In this document: positions 56,082-64,000 of the stretch, piece by piece
Numbering within the stretch: the stretch's first letter is position 1
Layout of the letters: every line of letters begins with the position of its first letter
Source: Syncephalis fuscata S228
Lineage: Eukaryota > Fungi > Zoopagomycota
DNA: 64,000 bases
Direction of reading: 5' to 3'
Assembly (NCBI GenBank): GCA_025786725.1
Contig: JAHLTZ010000005.1
Location: 682,001 to 746,000 of the forward strand
Notes under the pieces: generated by a model
What the model was told of the DNA's origin: nothing
Seen by the model: only the letters and a program-made list of their open reading frames with translations
Databases searched by the model: none
Made by a program: the position numbers and the translations under genes

Positions 56082-59000
56082 TTAACCGCCATATTGTTGC
56101 TGTTCCAAATAACGAATAGATACAGCATCTCCTTTTTTCGCAGCTCGACGGAACCATTTCATGGCTGCGGCAATATTGGCGGCATTATACTTTTCATTGA
56201 ATTTATCGGCCATTTGTGCACTAAGTAATAAAGATGCTGATGAGGTAGCGGCACCAAGATTGCCGTATATACCGCCACCAATACTGACATTACCATCGAT
56301 GCTATTGCTACTTATACTCGATGATGTTGTATTGGCACCGCTAACAAAGTAATTAGCAACATCAAGAACACTCGCCGCTGCAGCAGAGACTATATCATTG
56401 CTAGTTGTCTGTTGTCGATCATTTAATGGAATGGGCGATGTTGTAGCGTGTGTACTTGTAGCATTAACTGCGCCTACAATTGAATGATCCAGTTCTGGTA
56501 GCCAGTGATCAGGTGTAATAGGCAGTGTTAAGTAGAGAATAGCCAATTCACGCTCACCCTCAGGATTGCCCTCTTTTGCAGCAATCATAAATAGTCGAAA
56601 GGCTTCAAACTGTCGCAATTGTGATTCACGATCATCCATCGAATTACGACGTGCTAGTATAGCAGTTGCCCCTTCATTGGCATCGTTATTGTCATTATCG
56701 CTTTCACCAAGTAATAGTCGGCCACGGTCAATTACTTCGCGAATAATTTCTTCTTTCAGCGACATGACAGCAACTGAAGCATCAACAAAGGCTTTGCCGG
56801 CATCAGTCATAGTAAGAATGGTCTCTGGTACAAATGTCGCAATTGATTGCAGGTCACGACAAAGATAACGTGGTCGTATTTGTCGTAATACACGTACAAG
56901 TTCATTAACAATAGCATCCGTTCCAGGTGCTTCACTTGCCGCCAACCGAGCAGATATTAACAGATTGATCGACAATAGTGTTTGTAATTTACGGAATGGC
57001 GATGGATGCAGTGTTAATTGTGTACATAATGCATTACAAGCGGCCATAAATGTAAGATTAAAATCTGTATGACGATCATCTTTTATCGCAGTGATCATGG
57101 TGGGCGTAGTAGTAGTAGTAGTAGTGGCTGCTGCAGTCGCTGCTGTTGGTGAATTAGCTGTAGTCGCTATTGGATAAAGACCAAGTCCATTACGAGGCGT
57201 CTTTTTATTGGCGGACGAGAAGCGGTCAAGTTCATCGTCATCGTCAACAGTGCTTGATGGCATATCAGGCGATGCTGTTGTGGCCGGTGATACAGATCGA
57301 CGTGTGTCACCATGACGAGATGAAATATTACTATGCGTAGAACTATTGGTAGAACGAGGCGATGACGAAACAGGTACTAGTGTAGCAACTGAATCAACAC
57401 GACGTAGACCAGTGCAGAAGAGTGGGGCTGCTCCTTGGATGCCATTATCCGAGATGGATGCATCGGTCGATTCTGAAAGTACAATAGGAACGGCGCCTGC
57501 TCTATTCATAGTGGCTGAAGTGGCCGTGGCTGTTGTCGTTGCTGTAGTTGTTGTAGCAGCAGCCAATCGAATACCACCGTTTGCTGATATACCACAGGGA
57601 CGTGTATCTGATGCAGCATTAATCGTAGAAGCCGGTAATACTGGCTCAGCGGCTGGTCGTAACACCGGTGATTCGAGTGCGCTTTCCCCTACAAGCTGAT
57701 TGAACCAACTATCTGTTTCACTACGACGGAAAAGTAAATGAAATTCACTCATAATCAATCCAACAAGCTTTAACTGAGTAATCGTAATAAAGTCGTCGCC
57801 TAATAGACTAGCATAAGCATTGCCAGGTGTTGAATTGTGTCGACGAGCATTTGGTTCCCACAATGTGTTGGCCAGTGAGTTAAAAGATGCACTGCCAAAG
57901 GTTGAAGTGTAGGAACGGGTGTGTGCATCCATACGAACTGGAGATGGTGCTGTATTTGATGTATAGCTACTGGCATTACCATTGCTACTACCATACTGAC
58001 TACTGCCCGTAGTTGATGATCTTGTAAAGGCAAACCGACCCATTAAAACGGCTGCAGCAGACGATGAACGTTGTCGTGATATTTGTGCTCTTATACCAGG
58101 TGGGCCTAATAGTGTAGCCTCTCTAATAAATAAATCACTAATCCAGATAGATTGCATAGCATCATCACGAAGCCGTTCTACTTCGCGACAGAACTGATGG
58201 AATATATCATCACCAGGGACAAAGTTATCCGCATGGCGCATTTCTAAATAGCCTTGCAATTCATTCGACTCTGCTTCAGTGAGTGAATGCTTACGGAAAG
58301 TTCAACAATCGATCGATATGTCTTTTCGTAGATACGGCTACTACGGAAGTTAACGTAGAACATGCGTAGTCGTAACGAAGAGAATTGATAGACTCGTGCT
58401 GCTGTTATTTCCTGAATACGGCGCTGCCGATCCTGAGCATATGCCCACCAGGCGTTACGATACTGTTGACGAACAGCACGCTTTTCAGCTGCATAATCAA
58501 ATCGACGAGCCATAAAGCGAATAAGTGCGGCATCATCTTCATGTTTCGCCCATAATGTGCTACTTCCCAGTGGATCTGAATGATTAACATAATCAGCAAT
58601 AGAACCAACTGGTAGTTGACGTAGTCGATCCAATGCCGTTTGATAAATCATACTGTCAGCAAAGTCACCACGTGCACTGGCTGTTTGACTGGCTGCTTCT
58701 AAAAAGCGTACAACACTTAAATGAGATGAACCTGGAAATACGGCAAATACATCAAATGTGTTAAGAGCACGAAATACTGCTGCACTAATCGTATAGAGAT
58801 CAGCAGGTGCATTATTGTCGCTAGGTAGGAATTCTTCCTCTTCTGGATCATCGTGCATTATCATAACTGAAGCAGATAATGAAGAACTTGATGACATTGT
58901 TGATACATCGCTTCTATCTCGTTGATGATGTTGACGGAATGAACCGAATAATGGTAGGCTAGTTGATGATGCTCTATTAGACATTGTTGTAGAAGTAGAA

Positions 59001-61393
59001 GTAGTAGTAGTAGTAGCAGCAGTAGTAGTAGTAGCACTTAAAGATGGTGATAATACAGAGTTGGCATTCATTAAATTAGCAAGTGCTATTTGCGGATCTT
59101 TTGTTGTTACACTTGTGCCATTATCGGCGATATATAACAAGGCAGGTGTTTCGTTGATACGTAGGCGAAGGTCCTCTAATAATGTACTCATTTGCGTGAA
59201 TAATAATGAAAATTCCTCACGACTATCAATGGCGGAAATGGCTGCAGTGGCCGATGAACTTGAATAGGAGAATGAATAATGACGTCGTACTGAATGGTTA
59301 TGGTTATTACTAATATTACTATGATGATGCTGTTGTTGTTGTTGTTGTGATGTATGTCCATTTGAAGTAGGTGGCGAACGTGAATGGCTACGACTCATAC
59401 GTGCAGCTGACATAAATTCATGAAGCATTAGTAAATCACCCGAGTTTACAAGTAAAGTCGGTGTAACTCCAGTAAATAGACCAGTAGGAGCAAATGGTGC
59501 ATCAGCTGTGCATGTCAATTGACAGCTACGTTCTCCGGTTAATCCAAGATAAATTGCAGATGTATCACTTGGCTTAAAAAAGTCTGTATCAATAGGTGCA
59601 CATGAAAAGCGCGAAATAATACGTTCAAGTAATGAACGAATCCGCCCATTCATGGCAATCTTCTCCCAGCCTGGGGCGGCTGAACACACAACGGTAGCAT
59701 ATCGATAAAGGCGTTGATTGGTTTTAAATAAAATACTTTGGCGTTGTTCTTCGGAAATGAAATAGTCATCACACATGCCATAATACTAAATAAGTATATA
59801 TATATATAATAATATAATACACAGTTAAATGATTAATTAATTAATACTAATCATTATCAAATATAATAATTACTAACCTCTGGATAAGTAATAGCCCGTC
59901 CAAGAAAGCGGTAAAAGAAAAACTTGACTAATAATAAAATAGTTGCATATTGTCGAAGGTCACTTGGAAGTTCGGAAAGTACAGAGCGAGATAGAGCAAG
60001 TAAACAAGTAGGAATATACAGATCTAATACAGCAAGAATCTCTTCACAGGCATGATCAAAAAATGCATCTGTAGCAAGATTATCAATCTCGTTTACGGCG
60101 TTATAATTTGTCGTTGTACGTAGACGTGATGGTGTAGCGGGTGTGTTCAGATTGGCAGCATTTGAATCAGCTGATCGACGATTACCATCTAAAACGATTT
60201 CTTCGCCTCGTCGTAGAATTTTCATTAGCTGAGTCTCTAATGCGCCGCGCGCACTCCAGCCAGATCGACGAACAAATCGATCAAGTACATCGAGTAGAAA
60301 TCGTTCACCTCGTCGTTCAGAAATAAGTCGGACGAATACGGTAGTCCATAGTTTTAGTTGGAAGCGTTGTTCACTGGCAAAGTCATATGATCCATAAATG
60401 CCTGATATTAAAAGGTCGACTACATTGCTTGGTGCATTTATGCCGGTACCTGCACTCTGGCTATTACCACTGGCATAATTACCATTATTGCCGGAACTGC
60501 CATTAGTGCCATTCATGCTAATACTAGGTGATGCTAATGGCGAGGATGGCATAGCGGTATAGTTAGTATGGCCATTGTTGTTGCCATAGCCATTATTACC
60601 GTAGCCATTAGTAGTTGCATTTAGTTCATCGTTGGGTAATAAACTGTGCAGCTCTTGATCAGATGCACGGTAAAACACATCGGCAATAACACTTGGATTT
60701 GTGCGAAGATATGCAACAAAACGTAGACATGTTCTACGTGCACTTGGTGAAAGTGTATCCAAAATGACGACGAGGCTGAATATGACGTCATTCCATAGGT
60801 AGATGATGCATTTGTCGACGTGGCTACATTTACAGGTATATCGAGATTAGCATGCAGTTGTCGGCAATGGCTTGTTCCAAGCCTTGACAACGTCGTTCGT
60901 AATGACCAACAAAGTTGCGTAGTCGTTCAGGACGAAATAATTCATGTAGCCGGTCGTGGTCGTCATCAGATTGTATGACGAGTCGATTGGCCAGATGAAG
61001 ATGTAAAATGCGCGATTGTACACGGGCCGTATCACGAATATCATGTTCACGCTGATGTTGATCAAGCGATACTAAAAAGCGTAGGCCAGCAAGTGTAGGC
61101 GATATTGTGTCGCTGGGGCGTGCATAACCTGCAGCCGCTACTCTACACGCATCGGGAGACATAATGGCGGCGGGAACATTTGTCGCAGTACCAGACGCTG
61201 CGCCCATGAAAGAAGAGAACGAGCTTTGGCGCGTCGATGGAATAGAAGACGGCAAGACAGTTGAAGTGCTAGCGTCAGAACTGTTTTCTGTAGAGCGTTC
61301 CTTAGTGATATGGCTGCCATTTAACATATTGCTATACCGAGAACGCTCGTTTGACTCGCCAAATGCAGCTATTTCATGGTTGACCAGCGCCAT
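56082..61393 (-). CDS. Large protein with RasGAP-like N-terminal region, VPS9-like domain and C-terminal SEL1 repeats
   Basis: YLRTNPSVIA and KFFFYRFLGRAITYPE/YYG (RasGAP-like). PFRKLQTL..GTDAIV..LCRDLQSIATFVP..GKAFVDASVA (VPS9-like). AAKEGNPEGERELAILY and AMKWFRRAAKKGD (SEL1). One intron ~59787-59877, frameshifts near 60850 and 58250. Confidence 0.7.
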
Positions 61394-64000
61394 GATAGAT
61401 AAAATGACTACGTGTGTGCGTGTACTAACTAGTGTGTAAACGTAATGGATAGAACAGGCTATGCTATGGTTGGTTAATATCCTATACAAGTATATGATGG
61501 ACGATCAATGTTTGATAATCAAACACGAGCAGTAACAAAAGCGTAACACAGAAGCGTTGCGCAAAAATGCCGGGGAAATAACGTTTACGAAGGACGTAAA
61601 ACTAATATGGCAAAATGGAGCCTGTAATAGAAGTTTCGATGTGGTCGGTAAACGTGATAGGAAAGGATGGGCACAATAGACGACACGACAACCAAAAGAA
61701 CTATTACATTCACGTATGTCCAAAGAGAAGGAGACGATGAATAAGAGCAAGCGGTGATGGAGTGTGGTATAAAAGAGCCGCGCCAAAAGGGAGCAGCGGT
61801 CGAAGGGAGATAGGAGAGAGATAAGCGTAGAGGGTAAGTAGGTGGATAGAAGGGTCGAGGCGGGTAGAAAGAAGTGTAGGAGAATGTGAGTGAAAGTAAA
61901 AGTCAACAACAAAGTCAGGTGAAAACACCACCCGCACTGTTGACTTTTGAATTCAAGCGTAAGCTAGTGCAAAACCTGAAACCTTTATAAGTAAAAGGAA
62001 TAGTATGAGAAAAGACCGCTAGACACGTGCTGCCAACTCTACTGTGGTCAGAATAGTAGCAAGGACAATATAGCTAGTGGGTAGATAGTAATAGAAATAG
62101 ATATAGATATGCCGAGAAACCCGTTGACACAAACATACATACATACAAAAACAAAAGGCGTTTCAAGTTAAAAGTAAGTAATAAGCGGAGTGAATACAGA
62201 GAGAACAGAGTAAAATAAAGCTTTACCACAGAAAGGTCACCAAGACAACAGTACAAAAGATTTGTTGTTTTTGTTTTTGTTGTAGTTATTGTTATTGTAA
62301 AGTGGATAGTAAAAGGTTTAAAAGCAACAAAGTGTAGTAATAGCTGGACAACTTTTGGCGCTCATCATAAGTGTGCGAGAATGAAAGATTGGTACGTGCT
62401 ACGTGCGTATGCAAAACGTGGTCAGGTATAGAGAAAGACGTCGTAGACTAATGAATGTAGTGACAGTGGCGAAACAAAGAAAGATCTGGTAATAGCTAAA
62501 GAAAGATAGCAAGGGGTGTTTAATGGCAAAAGTATGGATGATGAAAGAGAACCAAAAAATGCGCACTATTTCTTTCTTTTGTGTAGCGCGCAGATGATCG
62601 ATAGTGGTCATCGGAGCCATAGGCGACAAAAGTAGCTTCTCTGCCTAAAAAGAGCAAAACCAGTCTAAACAATGGCTCATTTGGTGGTATCCTTTGCATG
62701 GTGCAATTGATCCATGCAAAAGAAAAAAGTAAAGGCAAATAAACCTATTTGTAGTAGGCCTCGGATAGTCTAGACAATTTGTAACAATGCAGACTATCAT
62801 GCAAAATGGACGACAAAATGTAATACGCATCACAATGACCATTGGTCTATAATAAAGTTTTTATGAGCTACTTACCGTCAATCTTTGTGCTCCAAGCAGT
62901 TAATGAGATATGAATAAGGCAGCTGCCACTAGCAATGATGCGAATAGGTCGGTTAATCTAAGCGTGTGATGGTGTACAGATGAGAGTAGAAAACAATGCA
63001 GCCGCGTACACCTACGTGCATGCAAGCGCTAGATGTAGCCTATGTGCGCTGTTTTAAGAGAGAGAAGGCGAGAAAGAAAGCGAACAAACAAGTGAACGAC
63101 GAACGAAAAAACAGAAGGAAAGAGAGAGGGGGGAGGTCTAGGTAACCGAGAACTACCACAACAACAAACGAAGTGGTATTTATGAGTGAATTAGCAAATA
63201 AGCAGGGTATGCAAATAGCCAAGTGGCAGGTACAGCAAGCAAGGAGGTGAAATAGAAAGTGCAGCAAATGATGTTGAATAAAGCTTTGTTAATTGGAGTT
63301 GGTTGCGGTAATAAAAACGAAAAACGATTGAATCAAATCGTAGCAGCAGAGTAGCCAAGCACGGCGTCACACAAGCATGAAATACGTACACATGTCCATC
63401 TATAAATGCATGCACCAACAAGAGTAACATAATGGGCATTGCTTATCAGTTGTAATGATTGGTGTTTGGAAAGGCTCGGCGAAACGAGCTGATGGACGGA
63501 CCACGCACTACTTTGACACATGGTGCACGATCATGCAATGATGTCATAGAATGTACAATGGACTACTAGATAACAGATGACGACAGGCAGCTTTGCAATC
63601 TGGATAAGTAAAAGATAGTCTATGCCAACATTTTTAAGGGTGAACAGGTATAGTTTAATAAAAATGCAGATATAAAACAGCTAGACTGGCTGGCGAAAGA
63701 AACAGCGGCCGCAGTGGACAGTCAGGTGTAGGCTATCTTGCACTGCTGGCAGTTTCTATAATAGAACTGAAGCATGCTTGCTTGCTCGCATGATAAGCTG
63801 ATTTAGTGACAACATTCAAGTTAGTAGTATTCAGTAGCATGCGGATGATAAAGGAGATCAATAGTGGAGATACTGCATTGAGCAATTATGCAAGGAGATG
63901 CATTGCTGAATCAAGACCGAGCTACATTAGACGAAATAGAGCAGTACCGACAATAAATAACTTATATTAATTATAATTTACAAAAGCTTAATGATAGCTG

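Noticed and set aside
61400-64000. Many hydrophobic minus-strand ORFs
   Set aside because: Products of pyrimidine-rich upstream/UTR sequence with non-ATG starts and no domain motifs.

Overview
AT-rich, intron-dense eukaryotic DNA. Short GT-AG introns with ctaa(c/t) branch points and a fungal-type complex I subunit (NUXM) indicate a fungus, and the protein styles suggest an early-diverging lineage (Zoopagomycota/Mucoromycota; inference). About 18 host genes are recognisable: two intronless BAHD/transferase-family acyltransferases, a WS/DGAT, SKI3, a Cbf1-like bHLH factor, NUXM, a low-complexity protein, two paralogous DHA2 MFS transporters, THG1, two tandem inositol 5-phosphatases, an expansin-like DPBB protein, a Ycf1-like ABCC transporter, two small secreted proteins, a serine dehydratase-like protein, an AAC4-like protein and a RasGAP-like/VPS9/SEL1 protein. 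Many genes, including housekeeping ones, carry small frameshifts, which looks like unpolished long-read error. The main highlight is a decayed, intron-containing Fanzor (eukaryotic TnpB-derived RNA-guided nuclease) at 51318-53834 (-). It is followed immediately by a GC-rich, strongly self-complementary ~280 nt segment (51020-51300) that is a candidate omega-RNA. Two ~520 bp direct-repeat copies carry the Fanzor C-terminal zinc-ribbon/RuvC-III fragment that the long copy lacks. Other oddities are an acyltransferase gene packaged between ~207 bp inverted repeats, a serine dehydratase homologue whose PLP lysine is replaced by His, and CDEI-type sites upstream of the Cbf1-like gene. All family assignments come from recognising motifs by eye, not from database searches.
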